From a bacterium (lineage in GTDB: Bacteria > SZUA-182 > DTGQ01), in the NCBI GenBank assembly GCA_040752695.1, contig JBFMGO010000046.1, forward strand, positions 1-38,842: DNA of 38,842 nt, in the 5' to 3' direction. Positions 1 to 8,643 of the stretch are shown here, one piece after another; position 1 is the first letter of the stretch; every line of letters begins with the position of its first letter. The position numbers and the translations under genes were made by a program. The notes under the pieces were generated by a model that did no database searches, was not told where the DNA came from, and was given only the letters and a program-made list of their open reading frames with translations.

Positions 1-1
1 A

Positions 2-1590
2 CTCGACAGTTAAAAGTTTTATCTCAAGCAGCCCGTTTAAGTTGCTGAAAGTCGCAAGGCTGCGATTGTCTGGAACGAATTAAAGTATAAATCGCATGGG
101 CATTGATTGTGTGTAAATTTCTCAGGATGGTTTGAGTCAGTACCCCTTTGACAATATACTCAGAAGGAACCTTGTTGCTAAAGGTTCTCAGCCAATGTTG
201 ATTATCTTTCCAGATTTGTTCTGGGAACTGGAGAGCCAGGATTTGAAGTATTCCTACCAGGATAGCGGATACATTCACAAACCCTTCAATAGCTCTCAAC
301 TTGTCTTCTACCGCCGCCACAGGAATTTTTTGAGCAGGAGAATGTGAGTCCTTATTCTTTTTGGGGCGTCTACTCTTTTTTTCTACCAGCTTAGACCAGA
401 AATGGTAAGCTAACCCGCCAATGAGGTTTTTCAATACCCAGAACATGCTCTCAATGGAAGCTCTTCGGCAATACAGCTCCAGAATTTGAACTGCTGATAG
501 AGCCAGATCCGAGCACATCAGAACAATAGGGCCTCTGGAAGTAATAGCCAGAACAAAACGGATCTTACCCATGATGGGTTTCCAAAAAAGGTCGAGGCAC
601 AATATCTTTACCACCTCAGTGTTGCCATAAACACAACAGGTTGTTTCTGTAAACTCACTGGCTCTGTCTGCAAAGAGGTTTTGCAGGGTAAGCTTTTCCC
701 CATATTTCTTCTTTTTCCCTCTCTTGCCAGGAGGAGCAGGCTCAGGATCCAGATACGCCACGGCATTTTTCTTGGCATGAGTGATAATGTGCACCCAGGG
801 AACTCTCGCCGCAACACTGTAAACCCCTGCTGCCAGCAAAAACACAGGGCCAACAGCAAAATAGCTGTCCAGATTCAGGTAGCAGGGACAATTCATATTC
901 TCAGCAATGCGGATGGCTTGGTAGACAATCCGGGTTGCCTTACTATAGCCATCTTTTTTGTTGACTTCATCTCTGTCCAATTCTCCCAAGAGGGGAATAG
1001 CAAAGCATTTTTGAACAGCACGTTCCATGACCAAGGCTATGAAGCACCACACATGGCCTCGATAGTAACTGGGCTTACTCGATGTCTCTGAATCCTGGTG
1101 GATTCAAACCAATCCAGGCATCTTACGTCCCTCTTTGGGCTGATTGGTATGGTCCCCAACCATCACTGATCTTCCCTGAACCTTCAGACAGAAGCTATCT
1201 TGAAAACAATAACTCTGCCAAAACCCCAGTAACCCCTCAAGTGTCCACCCAGTTGAGTGAAAAAAGTGTAACATCGTCCAATAGCACCCAGGGTCTAGCG
1301 AAAGCCAGCGTACTATACTGCTCACCCCGTAGTGATCTGCCCGCACTACCAGTCCTATCATGATAACTAAAAACCACTGATAGCTCGCTACTCGTGAAAA
1401 GCATGGCCGAAAATTCTTCAAAATGCCGAATAGTTTCTCATCCATAGGTGGTTTTCTCCGTAAACTTTTGCTAAGGGTTTATGAAAATCATCTATGGATA
1501 CTTTTCTTACTATTCCATGAAATTAGCTCACCTATCCTCTAAAATTTCCTTACCCTTCCTCCTCTTGGATGAGAACTTTTAACTGTCGAG
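2..1590 (-). mobile_element. Insertion sequence (DDE transposase, IS4/IS701-like), about 1.59 kb
   Basis: Perfect 17-bp terminal inverted repeat: ctcgacagttaaaagtt (2-18) and aacttttaactgtcgag (1574-1590), enclosing the transposase ORF. The target-site duplication cannot be judged because the left flank is only 1 nt. Confidence 0.88.
24..1445 (-). pseudogene. DDE transposase interrupted by a single in-frame TGA (1104-1106)
   Basis: ORFs 1104..1445 and 24..1052 are in the same frame, and reading through gives ...KMPGLV*IHQDSETSSKPSYYRGHVWCF. Motifs VMVGDHT, LDSYFA and YCRRASIESMF (Y-2-R-3-E) are typical of DDE transposases. Confidence 0.85.
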
Positions 1591-1660
1591 AGGAAAATGA
1601 AAATCTAGGAAAATTACTTACTATAGTGAAATAAGCGTTGTAGGGTTAATTGATTGTATC

Positions 1661-1773
1661 GTAAGTTCTCAATAAGTTCGGGTAAAATTGAGTTTTTAAA
1701 AATATGAATACCATAATTTCAACAGGTTACACTAACCGATATTGCTATTTACCTCAACTTTTTGAGAAGTTAC
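1661..1773. mobile_element. MITE-like non-autonomous element, 113 bp
   Basis: 26-bp imperfect TIR (1661-1686 gtaagttctcaataagttcgggtaaa versus 1748-1773, 22/26 match), flanked exactly by the 8-bp direct repeat attgtatc (1653-1660 and 1774-1781). Confidence 0.7.
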
Positions 1774-1826
1774 ATTGTATCGTGGTGTAATCGATTTACG
1801 AAGGTCGAAATTCCTGGAATAAAAAT

Positions 1827-1856
1827 TTGACATTCAGACAGCAGACTTTTTATAAT
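1827..1856 (+). promoter_or_regulatory. Sigma70-type promoter of the radical SAM/peptide unit
   Basis: Consensus TTGACA (1827-1832), 18-nt spacer, TATAAT (1851-1856), with an A-rich tract upstream. Confidence 0.7.
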
Positions 1857-1958
1857 TAATTATAAGTCAATTTTAATTAGTAATATGACGCAGCAAATTA
1901 TCTTGCCGATCCTGACAGGGTAATGCTATTGATACCTTCGTTAGGGGGGGACCTACGG

Positions 1959-3320
1959 ATGTATAGATACAAGAGCTCGCAATTCAATCTTTTTATTCCC
2001 ATCGACGACTCTGAAGAATGTCTCATATTTAACACTTTCACCGGTTCGGAAGTGGTAGTTGACCGGCATTTAAGAGCGCTTATTGAAATTGAAAAGAACC
2101 AGTCTTCCGGTGAGCCGCTCTCTCCTTTTGATGAATCAAACCTGGATCAGCTCAAAGAGCTGGGCATACTGGTTGATGAGCATGCTGATGAGGATCGGGA
2201 GTTGGAGTACTGGTTCCAGAAAATCAAGTTTGATACTTCGATGCTTGCCATTACCATCCTGCCTACGCTGGCCTGTAATCTGAAGTGTACCTATTGCCTT
2301 CAGGATGGCCTTCAGTCCGACACCTTCATGAGCTGGGAAACGTGCAGTCTGGTGGTTGCCTGGATCAAAAAGAAAATGGAGGACATCCGTCCAGCCACCC
2401 TGAGTATTCTTTATTACGGTGGAGAGCCCCTTCTGAACCTGCCAGCCATCACCTATCTCAGCCAGTCTCTTTACGAGGCTGCCAGGGCTCATGGAATCAG
2501 GCTGGATATACAGATTGTTACCAACGGCGTTTTACTCAAAAGGGAAGTGGTGGATGCTTTGCTTCCTCTGGGCTTGAGCGGAGTAAAGATTACCCTGGAT
2601 GGCGACGAAGATGCCCATAATCTCAAACGCCCCTTTAAGGACGGCCAGGGGAGCTTTCAGCAGATCTTTCAAAATCTGGTTCAGATCTATGGCAGGGTAC
2701 CTGTCAGGCTGGGTGGAAACTTTGATGAGCACAATAAGGGCTCAATTCCCGGTCTGCTTGATCGTCTTCTCGGAGCAGGAATAAGGGACAAGCTGGAACA
2801 GGTTCATTTTAAACCGATACTTACCAGCCCTGCCTGCCAGAAAAAAGGTGGAAGCTGCCAGGTTTGCACTTTCTCCGAGGCCAATCCAGGGGATATACTC
2901 TGGCTCAGGAGGGAGATAGAAAAAAGAGGCTTCAAGACCAACGACGGCATACACTTAGGGCCGTGCATGGTCATGAGGGAACATTCCTACACCATAGATC
3001 CCGTCGGTAAGATCTATAAATGCGGCGGCTTTGTTGGAATGGATGACTTTTCCGTCGGAAATCTTCATCATGACACTTTTCATTACCGGCTGACCGAATT
3101 CATGACCACCGACCTTTGGAGAAAGTGTCGTGGTTGTCCATTCATTCCTCTGTGCGCAGGAGGATGCAGGAGCAGTGCCTTCCTGAAAGGAAGTGATTTT
3201 TTCCAGCCAGTATGCGAAAAAAGGTATTTTAACCAGGTGGCCATGCCTCTGATTAAAGAGGAATATCTTCGCAGTAACAAAGGAGGTGAATTCGATGAGG
3301 ATTATCAAGAAGGGCAGTAA
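1959..3320 (+). CDS. Radical SAM/SPASM-domain peptide maturase (resembles geopeptide-type maturases)
   Basis: CNLKCTYC (CX3CX2C), YYGGEPLL, VTNG, ITLDG. C-terminal SPASM cysteines GPC...YKC...CRGCPFIPLCAGGC...C. N-terminal ~90 aa look like an RRE/PqqD-type extension. Start placed at ATG 1959 (G-rich SD at 1944-1950); the ORF track starts at 1923. Confidence 0.9.
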   Translation: MYRYKSSQFNLFIPIDDSEECLIFNTFTGSEVVVDRHLRALIEIEKNQSSGEPLSPFDESNLDQLKELGILVDEHADEDRELEYWFQKIKFDTSMLAITILPTLACNLKCTYCLQDGLQSDTFMSWETCSLVVAWIKKKMEDIRPATLSILYYGGEPLLNLPAITYLSQSLYEAARAHGIRLDIQIVTNGVLLKREVVDALLPLGLSGVKITLDGDEDAHNLKRPFKDGQGSFQQIFQNLVQIYGRVPVRLGGNFDEHNKGSIPGLLDRLLGAGIRDKLEQVHFKPILTSPACQKKGGSCQVCTFSEANPGDILWLRREIEKRGFKTNDGIHLGPCMVMREHSYTIDPVGKIYKCGGFVGMDDFSVGNLHHDTFHYRLTEFMTTDLWRKCRGCPFIPLCAGGCRSSAFLKGSDFFQPVCEKRYFNQVAMPLIKEEYLRSNKGGEFDEDYQEGQ

Positions 3321-3375
3321 GATTGTAGTGCCGAATCCGGATTGTCAATTCATTATTGATTTTAGATTTCATTGA
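3295..3375 (+). CDS. Putative RiPP precursor peptide, 26 aa: MRIIKKGSKIVVPNPDCQFIIDFRFH
   Basis: Translated by hand; not in the ORF track. Strong SD AAGGAGGTGA at 3280-3289, ATG 3295, TGA 3373-3375. Overlaps the rSAM 3' end and is followed by an intrinsic terminator. Confidence 0.8.
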   Translation: MRIIKKGSKIVVPNPDCQFIIDFRFH

Positions 3376-3433
3376 TTATTATGAAATAATCTGTTATATC
3401 TTCTATCAGCTATTTATTTCTTAATACAATACA

Positions 3434-3468
3434 CGGGCCGGATGAAAAACGTCCGGCCTGGTTTTTTT
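3434..3468 (+). terminator. Rho-independent terminator after the precursor peptide
   Basis: Stem cgggccggatg / cgtccggcctg (11 bp including G-U pairs), 5-nt loop, followed by gTTTTTTT. Confidence 0.8.
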
Positions 3469-3470
3469 AA

Positions 3471-3498
3471 TTGACACTTTCAGAAGATAAGATATAAA
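3471..3498 (+). promoter_or_regulatory. Putative sigma70 promoter for SBP1/SBP2
   Basis: TTGACA (3471-3476), 16-nt spacer, TATAAA (3493-3498), directly after the terminator. Confidence 0.5.
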
Positions 3499-3585
3499 TT
3501 AGGCTGTAAAGAATTTCGTACACATCTTTTCTGATAGGTACTTTAGAAGGCATTTAATTTCAAACAGGAATTTCCTCTCCCGAAT

Positions 3586-5184
3586 ATGCAGAGTAAAAGG
3601 TTGCCTGCTCTTTTTATCCTCTTCAGCCTTCTCATCGGCCAGGTTTCGTGTCACAAACAGGATGCGCCTGCCAAACCGTTTAGAGGCACTCTCACCATCG
3701 GCGAGTTCATCAGGCCGCAAACCTTAAATCCAGTTCTTGAGGTCACTGGCGTTTCGGCACATCTGGTGAATCTCATCTTCGACAGCCTGGTCAGGATCGG
3801 GGAAAAAGGTGAAATCCTGCCTCATTTGGCAGTTTCCTGGGAGATGAAAGGCGGCGGCAGGGAATGGGTCTTCTATCTGAGAAAGGGGGTAAGGTTCCAT
3901 GACGGGCGTCAATTGAGTGCCGATGATGTAAAATTTACCCTGGACCTGGTCAGAGATCCTGCCCTTGGGAGCGGCTATGCTCGTTCTCTCAGCCAGATTG
4001 CGAAAGTGGAGGTCAGGGATTCATACACAATCGGCATCTCTTTGACTGAGCCCTCGGTTTCCCTTCCCCATGAAATAAACATTGGCATCCTGCCAAGGCA
4101 CCTTCTCGAGGGAGAGAATATCCGGGCAAGCTCGTTTAACTATCATCCGGTAGGCACCGGTCCTTTTCAATTCGTCCGATGGTCCCGGGATGAGGTTGAA
4201 TTTGCGGCTAACCTTAATTATTTTCTGGGAAGACCATATCTCGATCACGTAGTGGTCAAATCATTTAAGAATCAGTATCTTGTCAGTGCAAACCTGATGA
4301 GGGGCGAAATCGATGCCTTTCCGTTTCTTGCTTCCAGCTCGTATGAAGTAATAAAAAAAATCCCCTCTTTCAGGGTCTATCCCACCTTAAGGCCTTTCTA
4401 TTATTTGATCGCCTTTAATCTGTCCAATCCTCTGTTTCAGGACAGGAGGGTTCGTCAGGCCCTTAATTACGCTATAGATAAGGAAAACATCGTAAAAAGG
4501 GCGTTGAAGGGGAGAGGAATTGCTGCATCGGGCACAATCTTTCCCTCTTCCTGGGCCTTTGATGACAGGATCGAGCCGTTCCCCTATGATCCCTGTAAGG
4601 CAATGGAGTTATTGAAAGAGGCCGGCTGGCAGGATTCTGACGGAGACCACGTCCTGGATAAGAACAATCAGCCGTTTACGTTTGATCTTTATTTAGTCGA
4701 GGGTCACGATGAGCTTGAAACTTCTTCTTTGATAGTTATGGAGCAGTTGGCAAATATCGGAGTAATGGCCAGTGTGAAGAAGGTGTCCCTGGAGGTTCTT
4801 ATCCGGGAGCATCTTTTCTTCAGGGAATTCGGGGCTGTCTTTATATATATATACGCCGGCAGTGACCCGGATAAAAGCTATAATTTTTGGCATTCCTCAA
4901 GTAATAAGGCTGGATTAAATTTCTTTTCTTATGCTAATCCCAGGGTTGATCATTTGCTCGACCAGGGCAGGCGCACGCTGGATCAGGAGAAGAGAAAAAG
5001 AATCTATGGTCAGCTTCAGGAGGAGATGAAAGAAGACCCTCCTGGGATATTTCTTTTCTGGAAGGAAAATCTCCTTTGCGTGCATAAGCGGTTCTGTGGG
5101 ATAACGGTATCACCGTTTCAAGGAGGACTCAACAGCATCCGGGAGTGGTATATATGTCCTGCTGACGAAATGAAGCATGATTGA
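3586..5184 (+). CDS. Family-5 (OppA/AppA-like) peptide-binding lipoprotein, copy 1
   Basis: Lipoprotein-type signal (LLIGQVSC), LRKGVRFHDG, PVGTGPF, FQDRRVRQALNYAID. Confidence 0.9.
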   Translation: MQSKRLPALFILFSLLIGQVSCHKQDAPAKPFRGTLTIGEFIRPQTLNPVLEVTGVSAHLVNLIFDSLVRIGEKGEILPHLAVSWEMKGGGREWVFYLRKGVRFHDGRQLSADDVKFTLDLVRDPALGSGYARSLSQIAKVEVRDSYTIGISLTEPSVSLPHEINIGILPRHLLEGENIRASSFNYHPVGTGPFQFVRWSRDEVEFAANLNYFLGRPYLDHVVVKSFKNQYLVSANLMRGEIDAFPFLASSSYEVIKKIPSFRVYPTLRPFYYLIAFNLSNPLFQDRRVRQALNYAIDKENIVKRALKGRGIAASGTIFPSSWAFDDRIEPFPYDPCKAMELLKEAGWQDSDGDHVLDKNNQPFTFDLYLVEGHDELETSSLIVMEQLANIGVMASVKKVSLEVLIREHLFFREFGAVFIYIYAGSDPDKSYNFWHSSSNKAGLNFFSYANPRVDHLLDQGRRTLDQEKRKRIYGQLQEEMKEDPPGIFLFWKENLLCVHKRFCGITVSPFQGGLNSIREWYICPADEMKHD

Positions 5185-5239
5185 AAAATTCCGGGCATCC
5201 ATCCGCTCCGAGACAGGATGAATACGACCTGCAAACGCC

Positions 5240-6844
5240 ATGAATAGCAAGAAGCTGATTGTACTGTTTATATGTGCAAATCTTCTCCATGGTCAGTTTT
5301 CATGCTCTAAGAAGCGGAACGATACGCCTGCCAAACCGTTTAGAGGCACTCTCACCATCGGCGAGTTCACCAGGCCGCAAACCTTAAATCCAGTTCTTGA
5401 GGTCACTGGCGTTTCGGCACATCTGGTGAACCTCATCTTCGACAGCCTGGTCAGGATCGGGGAAAAAGGTGAAATCCTGCCTCATTTGGCAGTTTCCTGG
5501 GAGATGAAAGGCGGCGGCAGGGAATGGGTCTTCTATCTGAGAAAGGGGGTAAGGTTCCATGACGGGCGTCAATTGAGTGCCGATGATGTAAAATTTACCC
5601 TGGACCTGGTCAGAGATCCTGCCCTTGGGAGCGGCTATGCTCGTTCTCTCAGCCAGATTGCGAAAGTGGAGGTCAGGGATTCATACACAATCGGCATCTC
5701 TTTGACTGAGCCCTCGGTTTCCCTTCCCCATGAAATAAACATTGGCATCCTGCCAAGGCACCTTCTCGAGGGAGAGAATATCCGGGCAAGCTCGTTTAAC
5801 TATCATCCGGTAGGCACCGGTCCTTTTCAATTCGTCCGATGGTCCCGGGATGAGGTTGAATTTGCGGCTAACCTTAATTATTTTCTGGGAAGACCATATC
5901 TCGATCACGTAGTGGTCAAATCATTTAAGAATCAGTATCTTGTCAGTGCAAACCTGATGAGGGGCGAAATCGATGCCTTTCCGTTTCTTGCTTCCAGCTC
6001 GTATGAAGTAATAAAAAAAATCCCCTCTTTCAGGGTCTATCCCACCTTAAGGCCTTTCTATTATTTGATCGCCTTTAATCTGTCCAATCCTCTGTTTCAG
6101 GACAGGAGGGTTCGTCAGGCCCTTAATTACGCTATAGATAAGGAAAGTATCATAAAAAGGGTATTGAAGGGGAGAGGAATTGCTGCATCGGGCACAATCT
6201 TTCCCTCTTCCTGGGCCTTTGATGACAGAGTCGAGCCGTTCCCCTATGATCCCTGTAAGGCAATGGAGTTATTGAAAGAGGCCGGCTGGCAGGATTCTGA
6301 CGGAGACCACGTTCTGGATAAGAACAATCAGCCGCTTGCATTCCAGATTTACCTCCCTGATGGTTACGATGAACTTGAATCATCTTCTTTCATGATTATG
6401 GAGCAGTTGGCAAGCGTCGGGGTAATGACCAGGGGGGAGAAGTTTCCGGTGGAGATTTTCAACCGGGAGCATCTGCTCACCAGGAAATTTGAGGCTGTTT
6501 TTATGTTCGCTAATGCTGGCGGCGACCCGGATAGCAGTTATCAATTCTGGCATTCCTCATCGGCCAGGGGGGGATTTAATTTCTTTTCTTATCATAATCC
6601 CGGGATTGACCAACTGCTCGATCAGGGTAGGAGCACACGGGATCAGAAGGAGAGAAAAAGAATCTACAGTCGGTATCAGGAGGAAATAAAAGAAGACCCT
6701 CCTGGAATATTTCTTTTCTGGAAAGAGAATCTCCTCTGCGTTCATAAGCGGTTCTGTGGAATACATGTCTCTGCGTTTTACGGGGTATTCAACAGCATCC
6801 GGGAATGGTATATATGCCCTGATGACGAAAGAAAGCATGACTGA
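5240..6844 (+). CDS. Family-5 peptide-binding lipoprotein, copy 2
   Basis: Same motifs as copy 1. About 820 bp nearly identical to copy 1 at offset +1660. Confidence 0.9.
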   Translation: MNSKKLIVLFICANLLHGQFSCSKKRNDTPAKPFRGTLTIGEFTRPQTLNPVLEVTGVSAHLVNLIFDSLVRIGEKGEILPHLAVSWEMKGGGREWVFYLRKGVRFHDGRQLSADDVKFTLDLVRDPALGSGYARSLSQIAKVEVRDSYTIGISLTEPSVSLPHEINIGILPRHLLEGENIRASSFNYHPVGTGPFQFVRWSRDEVEFAANLNYFLGRPYLDHVVVKSFKNQYLVSANLMRGEIDAFPFLASSSYEVIKKIPSFRVYPTLRPFYYLIAFNLSNPLFQDRRVRQALNYAIDKESIIKRVLKGRGIAASGTIFPSSWAFDDRVEPFPYDPCKAMELLKEAGWQDSDGDHVLDKNNQPLAFQIYLPDGYDELESSSFMIMEQLASVGVMTRGEKFPVEIFNREHLLTRKFEAVFMFANAGGDPDSSYQFWHSSSARGGFNFFSYHNPGIDQLLDQGRSTRDQKERKRIYSRYQEEIKEDPPGIFLFWKENLLCVHKRFCGIHVSAFYGVFNSIREWYICPDDERKHD

Positions 6845-6926
6845 AAACTCCCTGGCATTCATCCGCTCCTACGGAATGGGTATGACCTGCAAACGCCATA
6901 AGTCCAGCTTTTATAGTCATCTTATA

Positions 6927-6955
6927 TTGACATTTCATAACGTAAGGCATAAGAT
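6927..6955 (+). promoter_or_regulatory. Putative sigma70 promoter for SBP3
   Basis: TTGACA (6927-6932), 17-nt spacer, TAAGAT (6950-6955), in an AT-rich intergenic region. Confidence 0.55.
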
Positions 6956-7023
6956 AATATACACATAATTATATACGGCAGTTATATTCTTAAGGTATAT
7001 TATAAATAATCTCTCTCCTCTCC

Positions 7024-8643
7024 ATGGATCGTAAGAAGCTCATTGCACTGCTTATAATCGTAAACCTTCTCCTGGGTCAAGTCTCATGCTCTAAAAAGCG
7101 GAACGATGCGCCTGCCAAACCGTTTGGAGGCATCCTTACCATTGGCGATATTGCCAGTCCGGGGACCTTAAACCCTCTTCTGGAGGTTAGTGGGATCTCA
7201 GCTCAGCTTGTGAACATTATATTTGACACTTTGGTCAGGGTAGGGGATGAAGGCGAGATTCTGCCGGGCCTTGCGGTATCCTGGGAAATGAATGAGTGCG
7301 GCAGGGAATGGATCTTTCACCTCAGGGAAGGAGTAAGGTTCCATGACGGCCACCCGTTTACGGCTGACGATGTTGAATTTACTGTCAATCTGGCTAAAGA
7401 TCCTCATGGAGGGAGCAAATTCGTTCATATCTACGACCAGATTGAGAAAATAGAGGCCAGAGGCCCATACACGATCAGCATGCGTATTGCCAGGCCAGCG
7501 GTTTCTTTTATTCATGCGATGACCCAGTTGCGCATTTTACCCAGACATCTTTTGCAGGAAAAGGATATCCGCACGGTCTCGTTCAATTACCAGCCGGTAG
7601 GCACCGGCCCTTTTCGGCTCATACGATGGTCTTTGGACAGGGTTGAGTTCGAGGCCAACAGGGACTACTTTCTGGGGAGGCCATATCTTGACCGGGTGGT
7701 GGTAAAATTATTTGACAATCAGCGCCTTGTCTGGGCACATTTGATGAATGGCGAGGTTGATACCATGAAGCTTCCCGATCCTATCATGTATAAGATAATT
7801 AAAAAGATACCCGATTTCAGGGTCTACTCCAGCCTGAAGCCTTATTACTACATTATCGGTTTTAATCTGGCCAATCCTCTTTTTCATGACAGAAAGGTTC
7901 GCCTGGCTCTGAATTATGCCATAGACAGGGAAGATATTATTAGACGGATATTAAAATGGCGGGGGATTGCCACAGCAGGTACAATCTCCCCCTGCTCCTG
8001 GGCCTTTAACGCCCAAATGAAGCCATTTGTCTTCAATACTCACAAGGCAGTGGAACTACTGAAAGAGGCGGGCTGGCAAGACACTGATGGCGATCTCATA
8101 CTGGATAAAAACAACCAGCGGTTTGAATTTCAGATTTACCTCCCTGATGGCTACGATGAACTTGAGGCAGCCTCTTTAATGATTGTGGAGCAATTATCAA
8201 ACATCGGAATAGTTACCAGAGTCAGGAAGTTACCCATGAAGGCGATCAATCAGGAATATCTTCTGACCAGGAAGTTTGATGCCGTCTTTATCTATATTTC
8301 TGCCGGCACTGATCCGGATTTTAATTACCAGTTCTGGCACTCCTCACAGATCGATAACGGGTTTAACTTCTTTTCTTACCGTAATCACAGGATTGACCAC
8401 CTGCTCGACCAGGGGAAGTGCACATCTTCTCAGGAGAAAAGGAAAGAAATTTATTACCAGTATCAGGAGGAAATGAGGGAAGATCCCCCCGCTCTATTTC
8501 TTTTCTGGCGGGATCATCTTTTGTGTGTACATAAGCGGTTTCATGGAGTGGATTGCGGATCTGTCTATAGAGGGCTGTATAGTATCCGGGACTGGTATAT
8601 AGCCGCAGACGAAGAAATGGGAGAGAGGGCTGAAAAGAAATAA
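7024..8643 (+). CDS. Family-5 peptide-binding lipoprotein, copy 3 (more divergent)
   Basis: LLGQVSC lipobox-like signal, LREGVRFHDG, PVGTGPF, DRKVRLALNYAID. Confidence 0.9.
   Translation: MDRKKLIALLIIVNLLLGQVSCSKKRNDAPAKPFGGILTIGDIASPGTLNPLLEVSGISAQLVNIIFDTLVRVGDEGEILPGLAVSWEMNECGREWIFHLREGVRFHDGHPFTADDVEFTVNLAKDPHGGSKFVHIYDQIEKIEARGPYTISMRIARPAVSFIHAMTQLRILPRHLLQEKDIRTVSFNYQPVGTGPFRLIRWSLDRVEFEANRDYFLGRPYLDRVVVKLFDNQRLVWAHLMNGEVDTMKLPDPIMYKIIKKIPDFRVYSSLKPYYYIIGFNLANPLFHDRKVRLALNYAIDREDIIRRILKWRGIATAGTISPCSWAFNAQMKPFVFNTHKAVELLKEAGWQDTDGDLILDKNNQRFEFQIYLPDGYDELEAASLMIVEQLSNIGIVTRVRKLPMKAINQEYLLTRKFDAVFIYISAGTDPDFNYQFWHSSQIDNGFNFFSYRNHRIDHLLDQGKCTSSQEKRKEIYYQYQEEMREDPPALFLFWRDHLLCVHKRFHGVDCGSVYRGLYSIRDWYIAADEEMGERAEKK

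Noticed and set aside
1104..1106. TGA as selenocysteine or evidence of an alternative genetic code
   Set aside because: TGA ends several intact genes here (SBP1, SBP2, trpS), the context is not a redox Cys motif, and I see no evident SECIS.
1885..1923. 12-aa uORF MTQQIILPILTG overlapping ATG 1923 as a second precursor
   Set aside because: No SD, no Cys or aromatic residue, and the rSAM more likely starts at 1959.
3586..6844. Near-identical SBP repeats as a diversity-generating retroelement TR/VR pair
   Set aside because: No reverse transcriptase in the window, both copies are full ORFs, and the differences are not adenine-specific.
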